Sequence record: SRR22947727_1212
Strand: one strand, 5' to 3'
Length of the DNA stretch: 56,587 nucleotides
Positions 39,408 through 48,787 of this stretch are shown here, one piece after another (the first letter of the stretch is position 1; every line of letters begins with the position of its first letter). The position numbers and the translations under genes are program-made. The notes under the pieces are model-generated. The model saw only the letters and a program-made list of their open reading frames with translations, searched no databases and was not told where the DNA came from.

Positions 39408-39437
39408 TGCGTAGTATTGTTGCATATTTGTTACGCA
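39408..39437. promoter_or_regulatory. Operator TGCGTA-N18-TACGCA (perfect)
   Basis: ttTGCGTAgtattgttgcatatttgtTACGCAaa upstream of the TBDR; first 16 nt identical to the reverse complement of the 15099 site. Confidence 0.8.
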
Positions 39438-39470
39438 AACAGTTGCAACGAGTTATCTATTTTATTCGAC

Positions 39471-40235
39471 TCATAGACCATAACCTCCGGCTACAGATAT
39501 TTGCTGTCCAGTTATGTAACCTGCCCTCTTAGAGGCAAGAAAGACAACTGCATAACCAACTTCTTCAGGCTGACCCCATCGTTTTAGGGCAAGATTTTTC
39601 TGAACTTCCTCAGTCCACTCCTGATCAAAAACCCCTTGTCTTTTTAATTCAAGGAACATTCCAGCCTCAATAACACCAATCAAAACTGAATTTGCTCTGA
39701 TACCATTTTTACCTTCTTCACGGGCTATTGCTTTTATTAAACTCTCATTAGCAGCCTTTGGGGCGACAGAGAGAACGTCTTTCTCGGGCCAACTTAACTC
39801 CCCTGCAGAACCTAGATGTATTATTGATCCGCCCTTATTCTTCATATGAACAATAGCAGCCTTTGAGGCATTAAAAAATCCATTCACCTCAACATTCAAA
39901 GCGTTTTGCCATTGCTCATAACCAACATCACTAAAATAGACTTGCTCTACTATCGGTCCAGCGCCCCAAACAAGTGTATGAATTCTTTTGTGCTGTAGAG
40001 TGGCAGATTGAAAAACTTTATCCACAGAACCCGAGATTAAAACATCACATTGGTGAGCGGTTGCTTTGCGACCCATTTTTTGAATCGCACTAACTAGCTC
40101 AAGAGCTAATATTTCATTCGAGCGCCAAACAATTGCTACATCAGATCCGTTTTTAGCCAATTCAAGGCACACATGTCGACCAATGCCGCCTGTCGCCCCA
40201 AAAACCACAGCAGCTCCATTATCAAATTTATTCAT
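39471..40235 (-). CDS. Atypical SDR (catalytic Tyr absent)
   Basis: FGATGGIG, ITGQQISVAGG; the YxxxK position reads SVAPK. Confidence 0.8.
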   Translation of the reverse strand: MNKFDNGAAVVFGATGGIGRHVCLELAKNGSDVAIVWRSNEILALELVSAIQKMGRKATAHQCDVLISGSVDKVFQSATLQHKRIHTLVWGAGPIVEQVYFSDVGYEQWQNALNVEVNGFFNASKAAIVHMKNKGGSIIHLGSAGELSWPEKDVLSVAPKAANESLIKAIAREEGKNGIRANSVLIGVIEAGMFLELKRQGVFDQEWTEEVQKNLALKRWGQPEEVGYAVVFLASKRAGYITGQQISVAGGYGL

Positions 40236-40310
40236 AAAATTATCCTACAACGTAAAATTTAATACTTATGACTATGAATTTTTAACTTTAAAAGGTTTTT
40301 CATCTCGATT

Positions 40311-40340
40311 TGCGTAAAAATATATACTAGTAATTACGAA
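40311..40340. promoter_or_regulatory. Operator TGCGTA-N18-TACGAA (1 mismatch)
   Basis: Divergent SDR/3alpha-HSD intergenic region; a degenerate AACGTA-N18-TATGAA lies at 40249-40278 (62 bp away). Confidence 0.7.
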
Positions 40341-40358
40341 ATACTAACAGGGGGTATT

Positions 40359-41120
40359 ATGAAAATAGCAGTTGTAACTGGTTCCGCATCAGGTATTGGG
40401 GCATGCATAAAGACTCGATTGGAAGCTCAAGGGTATTCAGTAATAGGCATCGATTTGCAAGGACAAGAAATTGATGCTGACCTATCAACTCCTGAGGGCC
40501 GGCAATATGCTATAAATACAACATTGAAATTATCGAATAATCGTATCGATAAATTAGTCTTAGCTGCAGGAGTAGGAGGACACATAGAAAATGGTCAGCT
40601 AGTAGCTAAAGTAAACTATTTTGGATGTATTGAGTTATTGGATGGATTCAAATCAGTACTTGAAAAAAGCAATGGGCGGGTTGTTGTTATTTCCTCTAAT
40701 TCAGCGCAAATGAGAACTGATCCAGAAAACATTATAATTAAGCATCTCTTAGAAGAAAATGAGGCTAAAGCAATGGTAGAAATAGGTGATGCGCATGGCG
40801 CCCAAATTTATGCATTATCAAAACATGCTGTTGCACGGGCCATAAGACGAAGATCTTCAGATTGGGGCAAATTAGGAATTACATTAAATGCCATAGCGCC
40901 TGGACAAACAGAAACGCCTATGTTTCGCGGAGCTGCTGATCACCCAGAAATCGGAAAAAGTGTTGGGATGATACCAATCCCTAAGAAAAGAGTAGCTAGG
41001 GCTGATGAGATAGCAGGTGTTATAGAATTTATGCTCTCTGACAGTGCAGATTATATGCAAGGAAGTATTATATATGTGGACGGCGGAACTGATGCACAAT
41101 TAAGACCTGATGAATTTTAA
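40359..41120 (+). CDS. 3alpha-hydroxysteroid dehydrogenase/carbonyl reductase-like SDR
   Basis: TGSASGIG, VIGID....IDADLSTPEGR, LVLAAG, VNYFG..EL.D, YALSK, LNAIAPG.TETP, VDGG.DA..RP.EF; closely recalls the Comamonas 3alpha-HSD pattern. Confidence 0.75.
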   Translation: MKIAVVTGSASGIGACIKTRLEAQGYSVIGIDLQGQEIDADLSTPEGRQYAINTTLKLSNNRIDKLVLAAGVGGHIENGQLVAKVNYFGCIELLDGFKSVLEKSNGRVVVISSNSAQMRTDPENIIIKHLLEENEAKAMVEIGDAHGAQIYALSKHAVARAIRRRSSDWGKLGITLNAIAPGQTETPMFRGAADHPEIGKSVGMIPIPKKRVARADEIAGVIEFMLSDSADYMQGSIIYVDGGTDAQLRPDEF

Positions 41121-41123
41121 AAG

Positions 41124-42983
41124 TTGGTACATAAGGATAAAATAACTCGAAGAGATTTTCTAAGTGGATCGCAAATAGCAATAGGGGCTGCACTTTATCC
41201 TTCTATTATTTCTTCTTGCTCCAAAACTAACTCGAAACTGAAATATTCTAACGTTTTTCAACTGCCTGACACATATTACCCCCCACAAAAAATTGGTTTA
41301 AGAGGAAGTCACGACGGATCTTGGGAAACAATGCACTCCCGGGTATCAGGTAGAGATTTTCCGCATCAACAAATATCAGAGGAGTATGATCTTGTAATTG
41401 TCGGTGGGGGAATTAGCGGACTTTCAGCAGCCTATTTTTTTCAAAAAGAGCAACCAAATAGTAAAATTCTGATTATGGACAACCATGATGATTTTGGGGG
41501 ACATGCTAAGCGAAATGAATTTAACATAGATGGAGATCTTCGTATTGGCTACGGAGGAACTGAAGCTATAGATACGCCGTCCGCCTACAATACAGAGTCT
41601 ATTAAACTTTTAAGTGAAATAGGCATTAAAATTGAGAAATTTTATAATTACTTTGATCAAGATTTTTGGACGCGTAATAAATTATCAAAATCTATAGTGT
41701 TCGATGAAGAAACCTTTGGGGAAGATAAAATTGTTTTCGGATATGGGTCTCGCAGTTGGAAAGATTTTGCAGCAGATATGCCTGTTAGTGACAAAGCAAA
41801 ATCTGACTTTGTAAGAGTACATACATCCAAAGAAGACTATTTACCAAACTTAAATTTGACAGAAAAATATGAACTTTTGAAGAAGACAAGCTATGAGGAC
41901 TATTTACGTAATTACTGCAAAATCGATGAACAAATAATCAATATTTACAAAAGATGGGGAATGAGTTTTTGGTGCGTAGGGATAGATGAAATTCCAACCA
42001 CATCAATACAGGACTATGATGGTGGCATGCCAGGTGTAACTCACACATTACCAAGAACAGGGCACCGAAATGATGAGCCGTATATATTTCATTTCCCTGA
42101 CGGGAATGCATCAATAGCAAGATTGCTAGTCAGAAAGCTAATACCTTTAGCTATGCCTGGTTCTACTATGGAGGACGTGGTATTAACTAGAGCAAATTAT
42201 TCAGAATTGGATAGAACTGGTAATAATATTAAAATTAGACTAAACAGCACTGCTGTAAAAATTTCAAACATTGAAAGTGAAAGAGCAGTTTTAACAACCT
42301 ATGTGAGAAATAATAAAGCCTATACAGTTAAATCTAAAAAATGTATTTTAGCATGTTATAATTCAGCTATTCCCTACATTTGCCCTGAAATTCCAGATAT
42401 TCAAAAAGAAGCTTTATCATATAATGTAAAAGCCCCCTTAGTTTATACTAAAGTAGCAGTACCCAACTGGAAGCATTTTGAGCAATTAAAAACAGATTTT
42501 GTATATTATACGTCGGGTTTTTACAAACAGGTTGAGTTTGCTTATCCAGTTGAAATGGGGGGCTATAAAGCTGTTGGAAAATCTGACTCTCCCATGATTC
42601 TGCATATGTGCCATGTTCCTTGGGTCCCTGATATTAAAGGGGCTGATCAATGGCGCGCTGGTAGATATAGTGTGCTAACAACAACTTTTCAGCAGTATGA
42701 GAACCATGTAAAACAACAACTACTTCAAGCACTTGGTAGCACTGGGTTTAATCCAGATAAAGACATAAGCGCAATAACTGTAAACCGATGGCCACACGGA
42801 TATGCTTATAGTCCAGATTTAATCTGGGAGCCTCACTATAATAATGAGAGCGAAAAACCTTGGGTCATAGGCAGAAGACCATTTGGCAGTATACACATAG
42901 CAAACTCAGATGCTGGTGCTAGTGCAGATACAAACACTGCTATATCTCAAGCCTTCAGGGCAGTGCAAGAAATTCTAAATTAA
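41124..42983 (+). CDS. Spermidine dehydrogenase-like (SpdH) Tat-exported flavoprotein
   Basis: ITRRDFL Tat motif, YYPP...GLRGSH, YDLVIVGGGISGL, DNHDDFGGHAKRNEF, FHFPDGNASIARLLVR, ITVNRWPHGY, IANSDA. Confidence 0.8.
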   Translation: MVHKDKITRRDFLSGSQIAIGAALYPSIISSCSKTNSKLKYSNVFQLPDTYYPPQKIGLRGSHDGSWETMHSRVSGRDFPHQQISEEYDLVIVGGGISGLSAAYFFQKEQPNSKILIMDNHDDFGGHAKRNEFNIDGDLRIGYGGTEAIDTPSAYNTESIKLLSEIGIKIEKFYNYFDQDFWTRNKLSKSIVFDEETFGEDKIVFGYGSRSWKDFAADMPVSDKAKSDFVRVHTSKEDYLPNLNLTEKYELLKKTSYEDYLRNYCKIDEQIINIYKRWGMSFWCVGIDEIPTTSIQDYDGGMPGVTHTLPRTGHRNDEPYIFHFPDGNASIARLLVRKLIPLAMPGSTMEDVVLTRANYSELDRTGNNIKIRLNSTAVKISNIESERAVLTTYVRNNKAYTVKSKKCILACYNSAIPYICPEIPDIQKEALSYNVKAPLVYTKVAVPNWKHFEQLKTDFVYYTSGFYKQVEFAYPVEMGGYKAVGKSDSPMILHMCHVPWVPDIKGADQWRAGRYSVLTTTFQQYENHVKQQLLQALGSTGFNPDKDISAITVNRWPHGYAYSPDLIWEPHYNNESEKPWVIGRRPFGSIHIANSDAGASADTNTAISQAFRAVQEILN

Positions 42984-43025
42984 TTTATGCTGTATGCCTG
43001 CTTGACTCAGAGACACACATAGTCT

Positions 43026-43046
43026 TTTCTGAACGCTGTTCGGAAA
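43026..43046. promoter_or_regulatory. TetR-type operator TTTCTGAAC-GCT-GTTCGGAAA
   Basis: Third copy, 26 bp before the SDR start; TTGACT at 43002. Confidence 0.8.
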
Positions 43047-43072
43047 GTCAATTATTTGAAATAGGAAAAACA

Positions 43073-43948
43073 ATGACAGATAATAAAACAGCATTTATTA
43101 CAGGCGCAGCAATGGGTATGGGGGCTATGAAAGCTCGTAAATTAGCAAACAGAGGCTGGCTTGTTTTTGCCGGAGTTTTACCTGGGGCTAATACAAGTGA
43201 ATTAGGAACCGATTCTAATATTGTAATAGTCGAGCAAGACGTTACATCCGAAAAATCTGTTTTAAAAAGTGCAGAAATAGTTGCAAAACATTTACAAGAC
43301 CGCCCTTTGAATTTGCTAATAAACAACGCAGGCATAGCAAATAAAGGAACCGGGCCAATTGAAGGCATCAATATGAAAGAGGCTAAATTTCTTTTTGAAG
43401 TCAACACTTTTGGTTTAATGAGAGTAACGCAAGCATTTTTACCAATGATACGTAAAGGCGCCCCTCACTCACGTATCATAAATTTTGCATCAGGAGCAGT
43501 GAGAGCGAACCCCGTATGCTCTGGAAGCTATAATATGTCAAAATGGGCGGTAGAAGGTTTAACCTGCACACTTAGAAATGAACTCGCGCCCATGGGTATA
43601 CAAGTAACTTCAATCGAGCCGGGAGCTGTAAAAACTCATATGACAGCAAACGCAAAAGAAACAACAAAAGACATATGGACCAACATTTCAGATACAGTAA
43701 AATCTGTCTATCAACCCTTTTTGTTAGAAACTACAACCACAAAAATGGTTGAACAAATTTCAAGAGGTAATGATCCAGATTATGTCACCGAGGAAGTATT
43801 GGCTTTACTCAATAAGAAAAAATGGAAGCCACGATATTTAGTTGGAAAAGATGTCAAACCTATGAAAATAATGCTAGGATTGATGTCTGAAAGTTTATTT
43901 GAAAAAACAATTCAAAAAGCCGTCGGTATTCCACAATATAAAGGTTAG
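43073..43948 (+). CDS. SDR (retinol/17beta-HSD-like subgroup)
   Basis: TGAAMGMG, INNAGI, EVNTFG..RVTQAFLP, YNMSKWAVEG, IEPG.VKT, PRYLVG. Confidence 0.85.
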   Translation: MTDNKTAFITGAAMGMGAMKARKLANRGWLVFAGVLPGANTSELGTDSNIVIVEQDVTSEKSVLKSAEIVAKHLQDRPLNLLINNAGIANKGTGPIEGINMKEAKFLFEVNTFGLMRVTQAFLPMIRKGAPHSRIINFASGAVRANPVCSGSYNMSKWAVEGLTCTLRNELAPMGIQVTSIEPGAVKTHMTANAKETTKDIWTNISDTVKSVYQPFLLETTTTKMVEQISRGNDPDYVTEEVLALLNKKKWKPRYLVGKDVKPMKIMLGLMSESLFEKTIQKAVGIPQYKG

Positions 43949-43950
43949 AA

Positions 43951-45354
43951 ATGTCAGTTATTAAAAAAAGATTTGAATTGCTCAAAAATACAGCTTTGTA
44001 CCTAAGAAGCACTACGGCAAAAGAGCGTATTGAAAAACTAAATCGTATTTGGAATGGAATTGTTGAGCGAAAAGACGATCTGTATAATGCAGGGATGATT
44101 GAAAGGGGTGTACAACCTGTTGATATAGCAGGTGAACTAATCATGGTGAAAGCTGAGATAGACTTTACATCCAAGCATTTAGAGAAATGGGTCAAGCCCA
44201 AACGCGTAAAAAATACAATGTTCACTTTGGGAAAGCGGTGTGAAATAAGACATCAATCTAAAGGGGTTGTTTTAAATATGCCCGCATACAATGCTCCAAC
44301 TGCAGAAACATTTGTCCCTATGATATCAGCTATGGCCGCAGGTAATGCTGTTGTTATAAAACCTTCAGAACATGCTCCTGAATCTGCTAAAATATTAGAA
44401 GAAATAATTCATAAAGCATTACCTGAAAATGAAGCCTATGTTATCCAAGGTGGTGTTAAGGTTGCACAAGAATTACTATCCTTACCTTTTAATCATATTT
44501 ACTACACGGGCGGGAACGCAGTAGGAAAAATAGTTATGAAATCCGCAGCAGATAATTTTTCATCTGTAACGCTAGAGATGGGTGGAAAATCACCAGTAAT
44601 AGTTGACGAAACTGCTAATCTAGAAAATGCGGCTAAAAAAGTTGCATGGGGCCGTGTAATGAACGCAGGTCAAGTCTGCGTAGCGCCGGAGTACGTTATT
44701 GCACACGAGTCTATTTCTGAAAAATTCTCTTTGTTAGTTAAAGAACAAATGGAAACTTTATATAATTCTGAAAATACAGGCTTTAATAAGTCTAAATACG
44801 TTCCGCGTATTATAAATAATCGACACACAAAACGAATAAAATCACTTATCGATGATGCCATTAGAAAAGGCGCACAAACAGTACTTGGAGGGAGTGTGGA
44901 TGTAGAAGACAGATTTATCGAACCCACTATTTTAAAAAATATGAGTGAAGAAATGGATATAATGAATGAAGAAGTTTTTGGACCCGTAGTTTCATTACTT
45001 ACTTACAAAAACAGATTGGAGGTTTTAGAAATTATTGAAAAACGTGCTAATCCATTAGCATTATATATCTATTCAAATAACAAGGATAACATTGATTTCT
45101 TTTTAGATAATACATCTTCGGGGTCAGCAGTAATAAATAACAATTGCATTCAGGCTGGAGGAAACCCTAACCTTCCATTTGGCGGTGTTGGTGGTTCTGG
45201 CATGGGAAGATCAGGAGGTCACCGTGGGTTTGTTGAAATGTCAAATGAACGCTCTGTAGTGCACCAACCCTTAGATAAGTTCAGAGATTTCATGATCCAG
45301 TTACCTCCATATTCTGATAAATACATAGGAATGGTAATGAAAGGTATTAAATAA
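43951..45354 (+). CDS. Aldehyde dehydrogenase (family 3-like)
   Basis: KPSE, YTGG..VG, LEMGGKSP, AGQVCVAP, EEVFGP, PFGGVG.SGMG. Confidence 0.9.
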   Translation: MSVIKKRFELLKNTALYLRSTTAKERIEKLNRIWNGIVERKDDLYNAGMIERGVQPVDIAGELIMVKAEIDFTSKHLEKWVKPKRVKNTMFTLGKRCEIRHQSKGVVLNMPAYNAPTAETFVPMISAMAAGNAVVIKPSEHAPESAKILEEIIHKALPENEAYVIQGGVKVAQELLSLPFNHIYYTGGNAVGKIVMKSAADNFSSVTLEMGGKSPVIVDETANLENAAKKVAWGRVMNAGQVCVAPEYVIAHESISEKFSLLVKEQMETLYNSENTGFNKSKYVPRIINNRHTKRIKSLIDDAIRKGAQTVLGGSVDVEDRFIEPTILKNMSEEMDIMNEEVFGPVVSLLTYKNRLEVLEIIEKRANPLALYIYSNNKDNIDFFLDNTSSGSAVINNNCIQAGGNPNLPFGGVGGSGMGRSGGHRGFVEMSNERSVVHQPLDKFRDFMIQLPPYSDKYIGMVMKGIK

Positions 45355-45388
45355 TTAGTCATTCCAGTTAAACGGCTAATCTTAAATC

Positions 45389-46984
45389 TTAGTCGTATTT
45401 AATCCGCCCTATTTCTTTATGTGTTTGTTGCAACACAGTTGTAGCTATAGGACTAAACCCTTCCCACATTTCCTCTTTTACTTGCTCTGCAGGTATAACA
45501 ACATCAGCATAATCATTTGGGGCCCTCCAGCCCGGGTGTGGCTGTATTTTAACATATTGACCTCCAACTGGATGCTTGGCTAACCTTTTATCTAATACTT
45601 TAATTAACCGCATAACTAAATCAGGGTGTTTTTGAGATATATCATTTACCTCATTAGGATCGGACCATACATCAAATAATTCAGTGATAACTTCAGTGGT
45701 TCTCCGCTTATGGTTTACACTTTGAACTAACTTCCATCTTTCGTCCAATACACCATACTTAAATTGATTATAAATTGGAACATTTGATGTGAAAATCAGC
45801 GGTTCGCCTCTTTCCCTTTTATCGTTACCTATAATAGCATTCCATCTATCCAAGCCATCAATTTTCTTTTTGTAACTTGCCGATATACCAGCTGCTGTCA
45901 TTAAACTTGGGTAAACGTCTAAAACTGAAACAACATTTTCATTTACTGAGTTAGAAGGCAAAACATCCGGCCACCTCAAGACTGCATTTACTCTGACGCC
46001 ACCCTCATAAGTTTCAAGTTTTCCTCCACGCAAAGGCTCATTCACCCCTCCAAAATTATAATAGCCGCCATTGTCGGAGAAAAACAAAACTATTGTGTTA
46101 TCAGTAATTCCTTGGCTATCCAAGCTTTCAAGAATATTACCAATGGCTTGGTCAAGACTATCAACCATGGCTGCATAAGTTTTAGCAGGGTGAAGGGGAG
46201 TATCTAACCTTGAGGGATATTTTGATTTATCTTCTTCTTTTGCCTCCATAGGCGAATGCGGGGCAAGAAAAGGAACATACAAAAAGAAAGGCTTATCTGG
46301 ATTTCGAATATTTTCAATATAGTGTGATGCTTGATTTCCATGTATATCAGTTGCATATTCGCCCGCATGGTCAACTGGTTTTCCATTCACCTGAAAATCA
46401 TGGCCACCTGCAAAAGTATGATCGAAATAAAGTACGTCAGTGTTAAAGTGACCATAGAAATGATCAAATCCACGCGCATTTGGAGTATGCTGTTCGATTG
46501 TATGACCCAAATGCCACTTCCCAACCATGGCGGTTTGGTAGCCAGCTTTTTTAAAATCTTCTGGCATAAATCTTTCAGTAGGAGAAATCCCAGCGTTATC
46601 CCATGCCATGAAAACAGCATGAGCAGCACCCAACTTTATTGGATCACGCGCGGTCATCAGAGCAGCACGAGTCGGCGTACAAAAAGGAGTGGCATAAAAA
46701 CGCTCTAAACGCATTCCTTCTTTTGCTAAGCGATCTATATTCGGAGTGTTTATATCGCTTCCTCTATAACCAACGTCAGCCCAACCCAAATCATCAGCTA
46801 AAAGAATTATAACATTTGGTGGAGGAGCGCTGTCTAAGCGGGTTTTAACTAATTCAGATAAATTTACAGTCTCATTAGAGGTAAAATCAAAATCTGAGGA
46901 TGCATTTTTATTAAATTTAGTTTTCAAGAAAAATGATGATGAAACAACTAAAATAATAATAATAATAAATATTAATTTTTTCAT
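45389..46984 (-). CDS. Formylglycine-dependent (aryl)sulfatase, membrane-anchored
   Basis: PNVIILLADDLGW, CTPTRAALMTAR, GKWHLG, FSDNG, RGGK..YEGG.RV; N-terminal TM. Confidence 0.9.
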   Translation of the reverse strand: MKKLIFIIIIILVVSSSFFLKTKFNKNASSDFDFTSNETVNLSELVKTRLDSAPPPNVIILLADDLGWADVGYRGSDINTPNIDRLAKEGMRLERFYATPFCTPTRAALMTARDPIKLGAAHAVFMAWDNAGISPTERFMPEDFKKAGYQTAMVGKWHLGHTIEQHTPNARGFDHFYGHFNTDVLYFDHTFAGGHDFQVNGKPVDHAGEYATDIHGNQASHYIENIRNPDKPFFLYVPFLAPHSPMEAKEEDKSKYPSRLDTPLHPAKTYAAMVDSLDQAIGNILESLDSQGITDNTIVLFFSDNGGYYNFGGVNEPLRGGKLETYEGGVRVNAVLRWPDVLPSNSVNENVVSVLDVYPSLMTAAGISASYKKKIDGLDRWNAIIGNDKRERGEPLIFTSNVPIYNQFKYGVLDERWKLVQSVNHKRRTTEVITELFDVWSDPNEVNDISQKHPDLVMRLIKVLDKRLAKHPVGGQYVKIQPHPGWRAPNDYADVVIPAEQVKEEMWEGFSPIATTVLQQTHKEIGRIKYD

Positions 46985-47011
46985 TTAATTACCTCAAAAA
47001 TTACTTTAAAT

Positions 47012-48679
47012 CTATGAATTAGAGCCCATAGCATGTTTAGCAGCCACATAGCCAAAAGTCATTGCCGGTCCAATTGTTGAGCCTGCGCCTGGATAAGTAT
47101 ATCCCATAACAGATGATGCAGTATTTCCCGTTGCATATAAGCCGATGATAGGTTTGCCTTTTTTATTTAGCGCTTGTGCATTTACATCAACATCAACTCC
47201 TCCCTTGGTGCCTATATCACCTGGAAACACAGGAAAGGCATAAAATGGGGCCTTCGACAAAGGTGCCAGGCATGGATTAGGAGTAACTGATGGGTCACCA
47301 TAGTATCTATCATATGATGTGCTGCCTGAATTAAAGTCCTGATCAATTCCTGTTTCGGCGTATTGCGCAACCTTTTTTACCGTATCTACTAAACCAGCTT
47401 GATCCACACCCATTAAAGACGCTAACCCCTCTATAGTATCAGATTTTTTAACAATAGCTTTTATAGAGCTATTCCATTTTGAATCTGGATGAACTGCTGT
47501 TGGGTAAAGAGGACCAATTCCGTACTTTTCTCTTGCACGGCGATCGAAAATAACCCAGCTAGTTTTTGGATGTGCTTGAAGCTGGCGCCCAACCTCATCA
47601 TAACTAGCTGCTTCATTTAAATATCTTTTTCCATTTTCATTAACTATATATATTCCAGGTAAAGCTCTCTCTGCGAATAAAATTCTTGAACGATCATCTC
47701 TTGGAAGACGCACAGAAGGCCCCCACCAAGCTGCATCCATCAAAGTAAGATTTGCTCCAACTGCTTCGGCCGCTATATGAGCATCACCAGTATTTTGGCC
47801 TGGAGGAGTAGCACTCCAGTTGGTATCTGTTGGTCCAGGTAAATTAGCACTTCTCATGTGAGAGTTATGTTCAAAACCACCCGCAGCAAGAATAACACCG
47901 CGCTTTGTCTTAATCAAAATATCTTCACCATCTTTAGTAATTATAGCTCCTGTTACTTTACCATTTTTTTCAATGAGCGACTTTAAAGAAGCTGACCTCC
48001 AAATAGGTATATTCCTCTTAAAAACCGAAGTTAAACATCTTCCTACCAAAGCATTTCCCAAACATAAGCGACGATGCCTCTTAGATTTCAATCGCATTGG
48101 TACATCCAAACGATAGGATATCATCAACTTAGCCATTATCCACTTCCAACCCTTGGAACGAGTTATAATTTTTTTTGCTTCATTAACCGTTATTGTAAAA
48201 CCACCAAAAATTGTTTGTGGATGCGGAGGTCGCATATTTAAAAACTCTTTACCTAATTTTGTCGCTGACATTGGAAGAGGGTCAAGAGTTCGCCAACCAT
48301 CTTTACTTCCTGGTTTTTCAGTAAGATAATCAGCATATGGTGTTGAAACAAACTTTACGTCTGATTTTTCTTCCATCTCTTTTAGCATTTTCGGAGCATT
48401 CTCAACGTAGGCTTTTAAACGACTTTCAGGAACCTTATCTCCCACGCATGCTTTCAAGTACTCTAAGGCAGCATCTGGAGAGTCAGATTCGCCGTGTTCT
48501 GCCATAAGATGATTACAAGGTATCCATATACCTCCACCCGAAGTGGCTGATGTACCGCCATACATATCAGATTTTTCAATAACTAAAACATTACCACCGT
48601 TATCATGAGCTGTTATAGCGGCAGTTAATGCTCCTGCACCAGACCCAACAACCAGTACATCATATTCTGTAGTATCCAT
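47012..48679 (-). CDS. 3-ketosteroid-delta1-dehydrogenase-like FAD protein (KstD family)
   Basis: DVLVVGSGAG, GGTSATSGGGIWIP, YADY, NEAASY, PGDIGTKGG, GLYATGN, YPGAGSTIG; the three Tyr segments used by KstD appear present. Start taken at MDTTE. Confidence 0.8.
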   Translation of the reverse strand: MDTTEYDVLVVGSGAGALTAAITAHDNGGNVLVIEKSDMYGGTSATSGGGIWIPCNHLMAEHGESDSPDAALEYLKACVGDKVPESRLKAYVENAPKMLKEMEEKSDVKFVSTPYADYLTEKPGSKDGWRTLDPLPMSATKLGKEFLNMRPPHPQTIFGGFTITVNEAKKIITRSKGWKWIMAKLMISYRLDVPMRLKSKRHRRLCLGNALVGRCLTSVFKRNIPIWRSASLKSLIEKNGKVTGAIITKDGEDILIKTKRGVILAAGGFEHNSHMRSANLPGPTDTNWSATPPGQNTGDAHIAAEAVGANLTLMDAAWWGPSVRLPRDDRSRILFAERALPGIYIVNENGKRYLNEAASYDEVGRQLQAHPKTSWVIFDRRAREKYGIGPLYPTAVHPDSKWNSSIKAIVKKSDTIEGLASLMGVDQAGLVDTVKKVAQYAETGIDQDFNSGSTSYDRYYGDPSVTPNPCLAPLSKAPFYAFPVFPGDIGTKGGVDVDVNAQALNKKGKPIIGLYATGNTASSVMGYTYPGAGSTIGPAMTFGYVAAKHAMGSNS

Positions 48680-48787
48680 TTTTTCACCATCAATTAAAAA
48701 TATCTGATATGTACGTGCAATCAAAACATCATTTTTGCAAACACAAAATACGCAAAATGCCCTATAATAATAAAATAAGTTATAAAT

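Noticed and set aside
23077-43046. GAAC-N3-GTTC palindromes as Gram-positive LexA (Cheo) boxes or KstR boxes
   Set aside because: The Cheo box is GAAC-N4-GTTC and KstR uses AAC-N2-GTT. The spacer here is 3 nt, the genes are not repair genes, and a local TetR explains the sites.
15176-48724. Longer ORF-track starts at 15176, 23102, 39304 and 48724
   Set aside because: The extensions run into operator/promoter DNA or precede a better SD-ATG and add no family-like sequence; downstream ATGs were preferred.
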